Positions 22,471 to 32,000 of a DNA stretch of 32,000 bases are shown piece after piece; positions within the stretch are counted from its first letter, which is position 1; each line of letters opens with the position of its first letter. The translations under genes and the position numbers were made by a program. Where the stretch lies: positions 1 through 32,000 of the forward strand of contig LFSP01000007.1 of the NCBI GenBank assembly GCA_001513145.1, read 5' to 3'. The notes under the pieces were generated by a model that saw nothing but the letters and a program-made list of their open reading frames with translations, was not told the DNA's origin and did not search any database. Source of the stretch: Clostridia bacterium DTU025. GTDB taxonomy: Bacteria > Bacillota > DTU025.

Positions 22471-23730
22471 TCAGGCCTTCTCTATCCGCTCGATGTCGGC
22501 TCCGACTTGAGTCAGCTTCTCCTCAAAGCGCTCATAGCCACGGTCGATGTGGTAGACTTCTGACACTTCGGTGACGCCCTGAGCCACCAGGCCCGCAATC
22601 ACCAAGCAGGCTCCTGCTCTGAGGTCGGTGCATCTGACCTGGGCACCCGACAAATGCTCCTGGCCTTCGATCACCGCCGACCTTCCGTCGATCCTTATGC
22701 TCGCGCCCATACGGGCAAGCTCCGCCACATGCATGAACCTGTTCTCGAAAACCGTCTCAGTTATCACGGACATGCCGGAAGATACGCACATCAACGCCAT
22801 GAACTGTGCCTGCAGGTCAGTGGGGAAGCCGGGATATGGCATGGTCTTGACGTCCACGCCATCGGGGCGGCTGTCGGCCTGGACGGTGATGGAACCGTCC
22901 ACGTCTTCCACAACGTATACGCCGGCCTCTCGCAGCTTCGCGGTGATGGACTTCATGTGCTCGGGCACTGCGTTCTCAATGGTCAGGGCGCCCATGGTGG
23001 CGGCGGCTGCTATCATCAGGGTGCCAGCCTCGATCCTGTCGGGCACCACCATGTAGCTGGTGGGCTCCAGGGCTTCGACGCCCTCTATCCTGAGGACGTT
23101 TGTTCCGGCTCCCCTCACCCGGGCTCCCATGGCGTTCAGGAAGTTCGCCAGGTCCACCACCTCAGGTTCCTGAGCGGCGTTCTCGATAACCGTCAGCCCT
23201 TGGGCCAAAGAGGCCGCCATCATGATGTTTTCCGTCGCCCCTACGCTGGGGAAGTCAAGGTATATTCGGGCGCCTGAGAGCTTGTCTGCTCTTGCGCTGA
23301 TCTGGCCATAGCCCATCTCTATGTCAGCGCCCAGTGCCGAAAGCCCCTTGAGATGCAGGTCGATCGGGCGCGAGCCGATGGCGCAGCCCCCCGGCAGCGA
23401 GATCGTGACCCTGCCGGTCCTCGCAAGGAGCGGCCCCATGACCAGGAATGACGCGCGCATGGCCCTGACCAGGTCGTACGGGGGTTCGGTGCTATCGATG
23501 GAGGACGCGTCGATGCTGATGGTGCTGCCTTGGCGAGCTGTGGGGGTACCCAGCGCGTTCAGCACGCCACTCATGGTGTCGACATCCTTCAGGTGCGGCA
23601 CGTCCTCGATGGTAGACGCGCCTGGCGCCAGAAGCGCAGCGGCCATTATGGGCAGAGCTGCGTTCTTAGCTCCTCCAACCCTCACTCTGCCCTTGAGAGA
23701 CGCTCCGCCCCTGATAACGAGTGCCTCCAA
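22471..23730 (-). CDS. murA: UDP-N-acetylglucosamine 1-carboxyvinyltransferase MurA
   Basis: 419 aa. [35 protein letters not shown] and the ...[19 protein letters not shown]... catalytic Cys loop are canonical MurA. The start is TTG at 23730. Confidence 0.92.
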   Translation of the reverse strand: MEALVIRGGASLKGRVRVGGAKNAALPIMAAALLAPGASTIEDVPHLKDVDTMSGVLNALGTPTARQGSTISIDASSIDSTEPPYDLVRAMRASFLVMGPLLARTGRVTISLPGGCAIGSRPIDLHLKGLSALGADIEMGYGQISARADKLSGARIYLDFPSVGATENIMMAASLAQGLTVIENAAQEPEVVDLANFLNAMGARVRGAGTNVLRIEGVEALEPTSYMVVPDRIEAGTLMIAAAATMGALTIENAVPEHMKSITAKLREAGVYVVEDVDGSITVQADSRPDGVDVKTMPYPGFPTDLQAQFMALMCVSSGMSVITETVFENRFMHVAELARMGASIRIDGRSAVIEGQEHLSGAQVRCTDLRAGACLVIAGLVAQGVTEVSEVYHIDRGYERFEEKLTQVGADIERIEKA

Positions 23731-23971
23731 GTCCTTTCCCCCGTTCCACGTCGGCTATAGGCCGTGAGCTGGTATATCTCTCCCGGCCCTCACGTAGTGT
23801 AGCATCTAGCAGCAAGAATACACAACAGGCAATGCTATGAAATGAAACACCAGTTCAACAACTAAGTAACGGGACGCGTGCGACAGAGAGTGCACCGAGC
23901 GCATCTGCTGACGCCGACGGATGGGCGGTGATGCCATCCGGAGTAACCGGGATCCCCGTGTCTCGCGCGTG

Positions 23972-25181
23972 TACCGGCCTTCGGGCAGAGTGCCGTGCGT
24001 ATGCACGTCTGGAAATGCGTACATGCCCGGATGGACTGGCTTCGGGTGTGCCCAGGCGCTCTCCGAGGGGGTTCTCCTCGAGACAAAGGAGCAAGTGTGC
24101 TTCCTCGCCTCCTTCTGGAGGAGCACACCTCGATCTGCTCCTCCAGAAGGAGGAGTACTCGAACTCTGACTGTGCCGGATCCGTGCGCCGCTCCGAACCA
24201 CCGAATCGACCAACGCCTCTAGCTGGATCTTTGGCGCAGCGCTATCGCGGCGTCGGATCCGCTTCGGTACGACTCACCCGCAAACGGTGCCTTCGGGATC
24301 TCCCCGAGGGGGGTTCTCCTCCAGAAAGAGGAGCAGATGCGCCTCCTCGCCTCCTTCTGGAGGAGCACACCTCGACCTGCTCCTCCAGAAGGAGGAGTAC
24401 TCGAACTCTGACTGTGCCGGATCCACGCCCCGCTCCGAACCACCGAATCGACCAACGCCTCTAGCTGGATCTTTGTCGCAGCGCTGTCGCGGCGTCGGAT
24501 CCGCTTCGGTACGACTCACCCGCAAACGGTGCCTTCGGGGTCTCACCGAGGGGGGGTCTCCTCCAGAAAGAGGAGCAGATGCGCCTCCTCGCCTCCTTCT
24601 GGAGGAGCACACCTCAATCTGCGCCTCCAAACGGAGGAGTACTCGAATTCCGACGTTGCCGGATCCGCGCCCCGCCTCGGGCCGCCGAATCGACCAACGC
24701 CTCTAGCTGGATCTTTGTCGCAGCGCTGTCGCGGCGTCGGATCCGCTTCGGTACGACTCACCCGCAAACGGTGCCTTCGGGATCTCACCGAGGGGGGTTC
24801 TCCTCCAGAAGGAGGAGCAGATGCGCCGCCTCGCCTCCTTCCGGAGGAGCATACCTCAATCTGCGCCTCCAGAAGGAGGAGTACTCAGATTCCGACGGTT
24901 CCGGGCACACACCACGCCAAAGGCCGCGGAGTCGATCAGCGCCTCTAGCTACGTGTTTCTTTCAGCGCTCTCGCAGCGTCGGATCCGCTTCAGTGCGACT
25001 CACCCGCAAACGGTGCCTTCGGGATCTCACCGAGGGGGGTTCTCCTCCAGAAAGAGGAGCAGATGCGCCCCCTCGCCTCCTTCTGGAGGAGCATACCTCA
25101 ATCTGCGCCTCCAGAAGGAGGCGAGCTCGAATCACGCTGCCCCGTCGCGCCAGTGGCCCCACTGGCTCTCGCCGCGTTCCG
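23972..25181. repeat. Tandem array of about five 242-bp units in the wecB-murA intergenic region (non-coding)
   Basis: The unit boundary motif cgcctctag recurs at 24214, 24456, 24698 and 24940, an exact 242-bp spacing. The ORF track confirms this with ends at 24222/24464/24706/24948 and starts at 24287/24529. The three internal units are roughly nine-tenths identical by eye. The first unit (23972..24213) is degenerate in its 5' half. The last unit decays after about 25130. Confidence 0.9.
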
Positions 25182-25284
25182 CGCAGCAAGATCGACCCCG
25201 CGAGCAAACCTGCAGGCCCGCAGCCCCGCAGGCGCACCGGCCCTCTGCCCGCCGCTGGCCAGCCGCCGGCCGTCCAACACCCCT

Positions 25285-26484
25285 CTACAAGCCCAGGAAA
25301 TCAGCCGGGCGCTCAGCAACGATCCCGAAATGGTGTAGCACGGCCTGAACGGTGCGTTCGGCAGCGCGCCCGTCGCCGTACGGATTGCGCGCCTGCGCCA
25401 TGGCCCTGTGCTGCTCGGGATCGTCCAGGAGCGTCGAAGCAGCCTCCACTATGTTGCGCCTCTCGACTCCCACCAACCGCAGGGTGCCGGCCTCTACACC
25501 TTCCGGCCTCTCGGTGGTGCGCCTGAGCACCAGCACCGGCACGTTGAACGCCGGCGCCTCTTCCTGAAGCCCTCCGGAGTCAGACATCACCAGGTAGCTG
25601 CGCTTCAACAACCCCACCATATCAGGGTAGCTCAGAGGCTCCACCAGAACGCAGCGGCTAACCTGGCTGAGTGTCTCGAGAACGGTCCGGCTAACCCTCG
25701 GATTGGGATGCACAGGCATGACAGCTACCGTATCCGGGTGGGATTCCAGCACGTCGCGCACGGCCTCGCAGATGTTCTTGAGCGGCTCTCCTATGCTCTC
25801 CCGACGGTGCGCCGTCACAGTAACCAGGCGCCTGCCCTCGAGCTCAAGCGCCCTAAGCACGGGGTTCTCGAACTCCATGCGTCGCGCCGCCACGTCGAGC
25901 ACCGCGTCGACAACGGTATTGCCGGTGACGTATATGGATGACGGGTCCACGTTCTCAGCCACGAGGTTGGCCTTATACTGGGCTGTGGGCGCGAAGTGTA
26001 GCTCCGCTATGCACCCCACTAGCCTCCTGTTCATCTCCTCGGGGAACGGCTCGTAACGCCTGAAGGTTCGCAGCCCGGCCTCCACATGGCCCACGGGTAT
26101 CTGCATGTAGAACGCGCTGAGCGCGCCCACGAACGCGGTGGACGTGTCGCCGTGCACCAACACCAGGTCAGGCTTCTCCCTCTCCAGCACCTCGCGCATG
26201 CGGGGCAGCCCGCGCTCCACGATGTCGAAGAGGGTCTGGTCGTCTCGCATGATCCCGAGGTCGTAGTCGACGCCGATGTCGAACACCCTCAGGACCTGGT
26301 CCATCATCTCCCGATGCTGAGCCGTGCCCACCGTGACCGAACACACCAGATCTGAATGCCGCCTGAGCTCGTTGACAACCGGTGCTAGCTTGATCGTATC
26401 CGGCCTGGTGCCGAAGACTGACAGGACCTTTACGCGCCTCCCGCCCATGCCCATCCTCGTGCCCATCCCCATACCCGTGTCCAT
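25285..26484 (-). CDS. wecB: UDP-N-acetylglucosamine 2-epimerase (non-hydrolysing), WecB/MnaA
   Basis: VKVLSVFGTRPDTIKLAPV, DLVLVHGDTSTAF, HVEAGLRT and SDSGGLQEEAP are canonical WecB blocks. The ATG at 26484 is preceded by AGGAGG (8-nt spacing), so the Met/Gly-rich 17-aa N-terminal extension may be real. Confidence 0.88.
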   Translation of the reverse strand: MDTGMGMGTRMGMGGRRVKVLSVFGTRPDTIKLAPVVNELRRHSDLVCSVTVGTAQHREMMDQVLRVFDIGVDYDLGIMRDDQTLFDIVERGLPRMREVLEREKPDLVLVHGDTSTAFVGALSAFYMQIPVGHVEAGLRTFRRYEPFPEEMNRRLVGCIAELHFAPTAQYKANLVAENVDPSSIYVTGNTVVDAVLDVAARRMEFENPVLRALELEGRRLVTVTAHRRESIGEPLKNICEAVRDVLESHPDTVAVMPVHPNPRVSRTVLETLSQVSRCVLVEPLSYPDMVGLLKRSYLVMSDSGGLQEEAPAFNVPVLVLRRTTERPEGVEAGTLRLVGVERRNIVEAASTLLDDPEQHRAMAQARNPYGDGRAAERTVQAVLHHFGIVAERPADFLGL

Positions 26485-26543
26485 GGTCGAGTGCCTCCTG
26501 TAATCGCCCTAGCCCTGGGTACCGAGCATTCGCGCAACTGACG

Positions 26544-27578
26544 CTACCGCTTGCCGTCGCCAGATCCCAGCTTCAGCAACCCGGACTTGTCGCCCAGCAG
26601 TATCAGAACTCCGAAAGCCGCCAGCGCCCCGCCTGTGCCGATGCGTGTATCCGCCACCACCACTCCGCACGCCGCCACCGCCAGACACGCGCTGACCGCA
26701 TACACGGTGAGCACAGCCTTCGTATGCGAAAGACCCATGGCCAGCAGGCGGTGGTGCACATGATCCAGGTCCCGCTGCGAGAACGACACGCCCTTTCGCA
26801 CCCTCCGGAGAATCGCAAAGGCGGTATCAATTATAGGAACTCCCATCACCAGCACAGGCACAGCCAGCACCAGGGTGGCAGGGGTCTTGAGGGCTCCCAT
26901 GGCGGAAAGGCCAGCAACAGTTAGCCCCAGGAACATGGCCCCCGAGTCTCCCATGAAGATGCTGGCAGGGTGGAAGTTGTACCGCAGGAACCCAAGGGCG
27001 CTACCGATCAACGCCACCGACAGCACGATCAGTCTCGGCTGCCCCTTGTACCCCGCCGCGAATGCCATGGCTACGGCGCCGATTATCGTGACCCCGGCTG
27101 CCAACCCGTCCAGTCCGTCCATGAAGTTGACCACGTTCATGAAGGCGGCGATCCACAGCACGGTTAGGGGGCCCGAAAGCCAGCTGAGGTAGATCATCCC
27201 GCCGAACGGATTCGTCACGAACTCGATACGTACGTCGCCGACGAACATGACCGCACAGGCGGCCAGTAGCTGCCCGAGGAACTTCGTCCTGGGCCTCAGC
27301 TCCCACTTATCGTCGGCGACGCCCAACAGCACTGCAACGGCGCCGCCCACCAGCACGCCGAAGGTGTTCCTGTCAACCCCCGCTGTGAGCAGCGCCGCGA
27401 TGACGAATGCTGCGTACATGGCCACACCCCCCAGAAGGGGAGTGGGTATGTCGTGGACGTGGCGGCGCCTAGGCCGGTCCACGATGTCCAGCTTCAGCGC
27501 TACTTGCCGCACCACAGGAGTGAACAGCAGCGACAGCGATGTGGATACGGCTAGAGCCAACAGCACTCTGGTGGACAA
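26544..27578 (-). CDS. tagO: Undecaprenyl-phosphate GlcNAc-1-phosphate transferase (TagO/WecA, MraY-like GT4 family)
   Basis: 344 aa polytopic membrane protein. It carries the motifs VADDKWEL, NFMDGLDGLAAG and FMGDSGAMFLG. TTG start at 27578 with an ACGGAGTG RBS. Confidence 0.85.
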   Translation of the reverse strand: MSTRVLLALAVSTSLSLLFTPVVRQVALKLDIVDRPRRRHVHDIPTPLLGGVAMYAAFVIAALLTAGVDRNTFGVLVGGAVAVLLGVADDKWELRPRTKFLGQLLAACAVMFVGDVRIEFVTNPFGGMIYLSWLSGPLTVLWIAAFMNVVNFMDGLDGLAAGVTIIGAVAMAFAAGYKGQPRLIVLSVALIGSALGFLRYNFHPASIFMGDSGAMFLGLTVAGLSAMGALKTPATLVLAVPVLVMGVPIIDTAFAILRRVRKGVSFSQRDLDHVHHRLLAMGLSHTKAVLTVYAVSACLAVAACGVVVADTRIGTGGALAAFGVLILLGDKSGLLKLGSGDGKR

Positions 27579-27597
27579 GGCAATGCACTCCGTTGCA

Positions 27598-28062
27598 TCA
27601 TTTCTTCGGGAAGACGGATATCTCCACGCCCGCTTCGCTCAGCATCTGCCTCGCCAGCTCGTCAGGGTAGTCCCCGCGGAACACCACCCGCGCAACGCCG
27701 GCGTTTATCAGCATCTTGGCGCACACGACGCAGGGGTGGTGCGTGCAGTACACCGTGGCTCCTGCCAGCTTGGCACCGTGCAGAGCGGCCTGGATTATGA
27801 CGTTCTGCTCAGCGTGGAGGCCGCGGCACAGCTCGTGCCGCTCGCCAGAGGGCACCCCCTGTTGCTGCCTGATGCAGCCGACCTCGCCGCAGTGCCGCAT
27901 CCCCACCGGGGCTCCGTTGTATCCGGTGGCCAGTATCTGCTTGTTCAGCACTGCCACCGCCCCCACCTGCCTTCTCAAGCAGGTGGATCTCTTGGCTGCG
28001 ACCTGAGCTATCTCCATGAAATACTCGTCCCACGAGGGACGGCTCGCATCGTTGAGCTCCAT
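27598..28062 (-). CDS. dCMP deaminase (ComEB-type zinc deaminase)
   Basis: [26 protein letters not shown] and [14 protein letters not shown] (HAE / PCxxC zinc motifs). The ATG at 28062 lies 4 nt after the upp stop; the track start at 28125 would overlap upp. Confidence 0.85.
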   Translation of the reverse strand: MELNDASRPSWDEYFMEIAQVAAKRSTCLRRQVGAVAVLNKQILATGYNGAPVGMRHCGEVGCIRQQQGVPSGERHELCRGLHAEQNVIIQAALHGAKLAGATVYCTHHPCVVCAKMLINAGVARVVFRGDYPDELARQMLSEAGVEISVFPKK

Positions 28063-28066
28063 GGCG

Positions 28067-29150
<1,084 letters not shown>

Positions 29151-29154
<4 letters not shown>

Positions 29155-29618
29155 TCACATACACCTCGATCCGCCTGGAGGTCCAAACCGTCGAGCACCT
29201 TCTTCAGGGCCTCGGCTATCTGATCTCGAGTCCTTCGGTACACGTCCACAGACATCATGAAGGGATCGGCGATGTCGAAGTCGGCAAGCTTCCTGGCTTT
29301 ACCCGCCGCGTCAGGCCTCATCCTGAGCACGGCGTCGAGATGGTGTCCTTCCATGGCGAGCACCAGGTCAGCCTCGTCGATCATCTCCGGCCTGAGCCTT
29401 CGGGACCGGTGCCCGCTGATATCGATGCCCATCTCGGCCATGGCTGTTACAGCGTTGGACGACGCACTCTGCCCGTCAAGGGCCGACACGCCTGCCGACT
29501 CCGCGACGATGCCGCGGTCGGAGTAACCTGCCCGCCGGGCCAAGTGTGCCAAGAGCGCCTGGGCCATCGGACTCCGACAGGTGTTTCCACCACAGACCAT
29601 CAGGACCCTAAACGGCAT
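29151..29618 (-). CDS. Low-molecular-weight protein phosphatase (YwlE-type arginine/tyrosine phosphatase)
   Basis: VLMVCGGNTCRSPMA carries the CX5R(S) P-loop, and a DPF-type segment (ADFDIADPF) is present. It holds the ywlE position between sua5 and rpiB. The ATG at 29618 is preferred over the track GTG at 29627. Confidence 0.85.
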
Positions 29619-29658
29619 CACCCACACCGCCCTTCAAAAAGGTTTCGTCTATTATCGG

Positions 29659-30795
29659 TCATTTCCTGCACTCTTCGCACAGAAACACGACCCTGCCCCC
29701 AGCGGCCCTCATCAGCCTGTTCATCACCGCGAGCCCTATACCTGCCACGGGATACGACTCCGCAAGGATCAGGCTGACGCTCGCCTGGTCCAGCTCTCGC
29801 ATGCGACCGAAAAGCGCCGAGGCCACTCCCTCAAGAGCTCCGCGCGACCCCACCGCAGACAGCACGACGTCCTCCCGCTCCAACAGGTCGGGCCTCCGCG
29901 CCCTTATGTGGTCCAGCGTCTCGACGCTCACCAACAGCCCCACCTTTGTGCCACCGGCGCCCGCCCGGCGCCCCGAAAGCCCAGCGCCAGCAGGTTCGGA
30001 GCCGCCGTCTTCGCCTGCGCCTATCGCCCGCTGGGCCTCCTGGAGTATGGCCTCAGCCTGCGCCGCATGGTCTCCAATGAAGAGCTTGAGAGGCGCCCTC
30101 GGCGAGTAGTGACGGTGTTTGAGCCCTGGCGACCTGGGCGATTCCACGTCGGTCACGCCTCCGAAGTCGTCGAGCGCCCGCACCCCCGGAACCACCGCCG
30201 CCAGCTGCTCCAGCGACACTCCACCGGGCCTCAGCACCGTGGGCGCGTCGCCTGTGAGGTCCAGCACGGTGGACTCCACCCCGATGCCTGCGGGGCCGCC
30301 GTCAACGATCACGTCCACCCTGCCGGCAAGGTCGGCCCACACGTGCTGGGCGGTGGTGGGACTGGGCCTGCCCGAAACGTTGGCTGACGGCGCCGCCACG
30401 GGCACGCCCGCCTTCTCTATCAGGGCAGACGCCACCGGGTGCGACGGCATGCGCACGCCCACAGTGTCAAGCCCCGCGGTGACCGAGGCCGGTATCAGGT
30501 CAGACTTGGGCAGCACCAGGGTGAGCGGTCCGGGCCAGAACGCGCCAGCCAGCGCCGACACCGCGTCAGGCACCTCGCGGACCACTGCAGCCAGCTCGTC
30601 AAGGCGCGCGATGTGGACTATCAGGGGATTGTCGGAGGGACGGCCCTTGGCCGCGAATATCTTGCCCACCGCCAACGGGTCGAGAGCGTTGGCGCCCAGG
30701 CCGTACACGGTTTCAGTGGGGAAAGCCACGGTTCCGCCCTCCCGAAGCACACGGGCGGGCTCCGCCAGAGCCTCCAGAAGCGATTGCCGAGGCAT
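29659..30795 (-). CDS. tsaC: L-threonylcarbamoyladenylate synthase, Sua5/YwlC type (TsaC domain plus Sua5 C-terminal domain)
   Basis: GGTVAFPTETVYGLGANAL, KGRPSDNPLIVH and PSANVSGRPSPT are present. The ATG at 30795 has an AAGGTGGA RBS 7 nt upstream and gives a canonical N-terminal length. The track start at 30840 (GTG) overlaps prmC. A Gly/Ala-rich insert (GAGEDGGSEPAGAGLSGRRAGAGG) lies in the inter-domain region. Confidence 0.85.
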   Translation of the reverse strand: MPRQSLLEALAEPARVLREGGTVAFPTETVYGLGANALDPLAVGKIFAAKGRPSDNPLIVHIARLDELAAVVREVPDAVSALAGAFWPGPLTLVLPKSDLIPASVTAGLDTVGVRMPSHPVASALIEKAGVPVAAPSANVSGRPSPTTAQHVWADLAGRVDVIVDGGPAGIGVESTVLDLTGDAPTVLRPGGVSLEQLAAVVPGVRALDDFGGVTDVESPRSPGLKHRHYSPRAPLKLFIGDHAAQAEAILQEAQRAIGAGEDGGSEPAGAGLSGRRAGAGGTKVGLLVSVETLDHIRARRPDLLEREDVVLSAVGSRGALEGVASALFGRMRELDQASVSLILAESYPVAGIGLAVMNRLMRAAGGRVVFLCEECRK

Positions 30796-30823
30796 CGCAG
30801 GGTCCACCTTGATGCTCAACGTC

Positions 30824-31711
30824 TCAGTCAACGCCCTCACCGCCCTTCATCCTGGCCACGACCACCCTTGGCGTGCCTGCGTAATCCGGCATCACCTCAA
30901 GGTCGCTCCAGCCGTGGGACGCCAGGATCGAGCGCACCTGGTCCGCCTGGCCGTCGCCCACCTCCAGAAGCAGCCAGCCGCCGGGCGCAAGCACCGCCGG
31001 CGCCTCCTGCGCCAGCCTGCGGTAGTAGTGCAGCCCGTCGGGTCCGCCGTCGAGGGCCGCGGCCGGCTCATGCCTTATTTCCTTCTGGAGACTGGGCACG
31101 GCTGAGCTGGCGATGTACGGTGGATTGGACACGACCATCGTCGCGCCGGTCCAGCCGGGCGGCACCGCTTGCACCAAGTCGCCGCAGACCAACGTCACCC
31201 TATCCTCGAGACCAAGCGTCCTAACGTTCTCGGAGGCGTATCGCAAGGCGTCGGCTGAAAGGTCAGTGGCCAGGACCTGGCACCACGGGGCGTAGTGGGC
31301 GATGGCGCAGGCTATGGCGCCGCTGCCGGTGCCAGCATCAATGACGCGGGGCTGCGGCCGCCCCTGCCCCCGGCAAGCCTCCAGCCTCCGGATAGCCTGT
31401 TCCACCAGCACCTCCGTATCCGGCCGCGGGATCAGAACCCCGGGGCCCACTTTCAGGGGCAGGGACATGAATTCCCGCACCCCGGTGATGTATGCCACCG
31501 GAACGCCGCGGGCGCGGCGGATCAGGTCCCGCTTGTAGCGGTCCAGCTCGTCCTGGCTCATGGGCCTGTCGAACTGCACGTAAAGCTGTATCCGCTCGAC
31601 GTTGAGGATGTTTGCCAGAAGCACCTCCGCGTCCAGCCGGGCGCTGGCAACCTGCTGGCGCGCAAGGTAGTCGGTGGCCTTCTTTAGTATCTGTAGCAGC
31701 GTGCGCTGCAT
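30824..31711 (-). CDS. prmC: Release-factor glutamine N5-methyltransferase PrmC (HemK)
   Basis: 295 aa. It has the SAM-binding motif DAGTGSGAIA and the catalytic VSNPPY, and it sits immediately downstream of prfA. Confidence 0.9.
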   Translation of the reverse strand: MQRTLLQILKKATDYLARQQVASARLDAEVLLANILNVERIQLYVQFDRPMSQDELDRYKRDLIRRARGVPVAYITGVREFMSLPLKVGPGVLIPRPDTEVLVEQAIRRLEACRGQGRPQPRVIDAGTGSGAIACAIAHYAPWCQVLATDLSADALRYASENVRTLGLEDRVTLVCGDLVQAVPPGWTGATMVVSNPPYIASSAVPSLQKEIRHEPAAALDGGPDGLHYYRRLAQEAPAVLAPGGWLLLEVGDGQADQVRSILASHGWSDLEVMPDYAGTPRVVVARMKGGEGVD

Positions 31712-31718
31712 CGTCGAC

Positions 31719-32000
31719 TCACTCAGCTCTCTTGAGCTTCTCGCTCTGCTCGTTCAGGATCAGCGCCTCGAGGATCTCGTCCAGGTCGCCGTCGAGAACC
31801 TCAGTCAGTCGGTGGATGGTCAGCCCGATCCTGTGATCGGTGACGCGGTTCTGAGGGAAGTTGTAAGTCCTAATTCGCTCAGACCTGTCCCCGGTTCCCA
31901 CCTGGCTCTTGCGCGCCTCCGCGATGCCCGCCTCCTGCTCAGCGCGGGCCTTCTCCAACAGCCGCGCCCGCAGCACCTTCATGGCCTTCTCCCTGTTCTT
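31719..32000 (-). CDS. prfA: Peptide chain release factor 1, C-terminal part (N-terminus beyond the right edge)
   Basis: ...[34 protein letters not shown]...LDEILEAL... is the conserved RF1 C-terminus. The frame stays open to the window edge. Confidence 0.9.
   Translation of the reverse strand, partial: KNREKAMKVLRARLLEKARAEQEAGIAEARKSQVGTGDRSERIRTYNFPQNRVTDHRIGLTIHRLTEVLDGDLDEILEALILNEQSEKLKRAE

Noticed and set aside
24219-24230. GCTGGATC at each unit start and CCTCCTTCT in hairpin 2 resemble the 16S rRNA 3' end (GCUGGAUCACCUCCUUUCU), which could suggest an rRNA fragment.
   Set aside because: The two pieces are about 130 nt apart instead of contiguous, and the flanking sequence has no resemblance to helix 45. 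This is most simply coincidence plus polypyrimidine tracts.
24334-24411. A 24-codon mini-ORF (MRLLASFWRSTPRPAPPEGGVLEL) beginning at the ATG that follows AAAGAGGAG in each repeat unit. It might be a repeated leader or micro-peptide.
   Set aside because: SD-to-ATG spacing is only 3 nt. The ATG is absent in the first unit (GTG TGC instead). The stop codon is not conserved in units 3-5, where the frame runs on for hundreds of nt. Substitutions between units do not show a synonymous bias that I can see.
25149-25166. A perfect inverted repeat GCCAGTGG-cc-CCACTGGC downstream of wecB, at the decayed end of the repeat array; it could be the wecB terminator.
   Set aside because: No T/U tract follows on either strand and the 2-nt loop is sterically implausible without fraying. 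It is kept only as a note.
23972-25181. Whether the regular repeats could be a CRISPR array.
   Set aside because: The whole 242-bp unit is repeated with no unique spacers. The unit length is far outside CRISPR repeat sizes, and there are no cas genes in the window.
23806-25526. ORFs on both strands inside the repeat array, for example 24287..24706, 24529..24948, 24579..25526 and 24274..24630. Their repeated peptides could suggest a repeat protein.
   Set aside because: The 242-bp period is not divisible by 3, so successive units are read in different frames. Each unit contains a TAG in the register that generates these ORFs. The peptides are Arg/Ser/Pro-rich and exist equally on both strands because the hairpins are palindromic.
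26434-26484. The Met/Gly-rich N-terminal extension of WecB (MDTGMGMGTRMGMGGRR), which could be a mis-called start or a metal-binding tail.
   Set aside because: The first ATG has the best RBS (AGGAGG, 8-nt spacing), so the extension is probably real. It is short and low-complexity, with no inferable function, so it does not justify a finding.

Overview
This is a high-GC bacterial chromosome segment (about two-thirds G+C by eye). Every convincing gene, about 28 in total, lies on the minus strand, and most plus-strand ORFs in the track are antisense artefacts. In transcription order (right to left) there are four parts. (1) A Firmicute-type housekeeping block: prfA (partial), prmC, tsaC/sua5, an LMW phosphatase, rpiB, upp, dCMP deaminase, tagO/wecA and wecB. 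(2) A 1.55 kb non-coding gap holding about five tandem 242-bp repeats rich in CUCCUCC/GGAGGAG hairpins. (3) murA followed by a sporulation block: spoIID, a SpoIIQ-like degenerate LytM protein, spoIIID, a degenerate MreB/Mbl-like protein and an S55 (SpoIVB-family) protease. (4) A compact outer-membrane biogenesis cluster: tamB-like, bamA, ompH/skp, one ORF fusing an LptF/G permease to an LptD-like protein, lptC, lptA, an FtsX-topology giant membrane protein with its ABC ATPase, an LpxB-family glycosyltransferase, lptB, a DUF3084-like protein, and an SLH plus coiled-coil protein that runs off the left edge. LPS/OM machinery beside endospore genes at high GC suggests a diderm, sporulation-capable Firmicute such as a Limnochordia-like lineage; this is inference only. 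The items most worth follow-up are the LptF/G::LptD single ORF, the 242-bp tandem repeat array, and the unusual type VII-like ABC pair embedded in the lpt genes. No tRNA, rRNA, CRISPR array, transposase or integrase was recognised.
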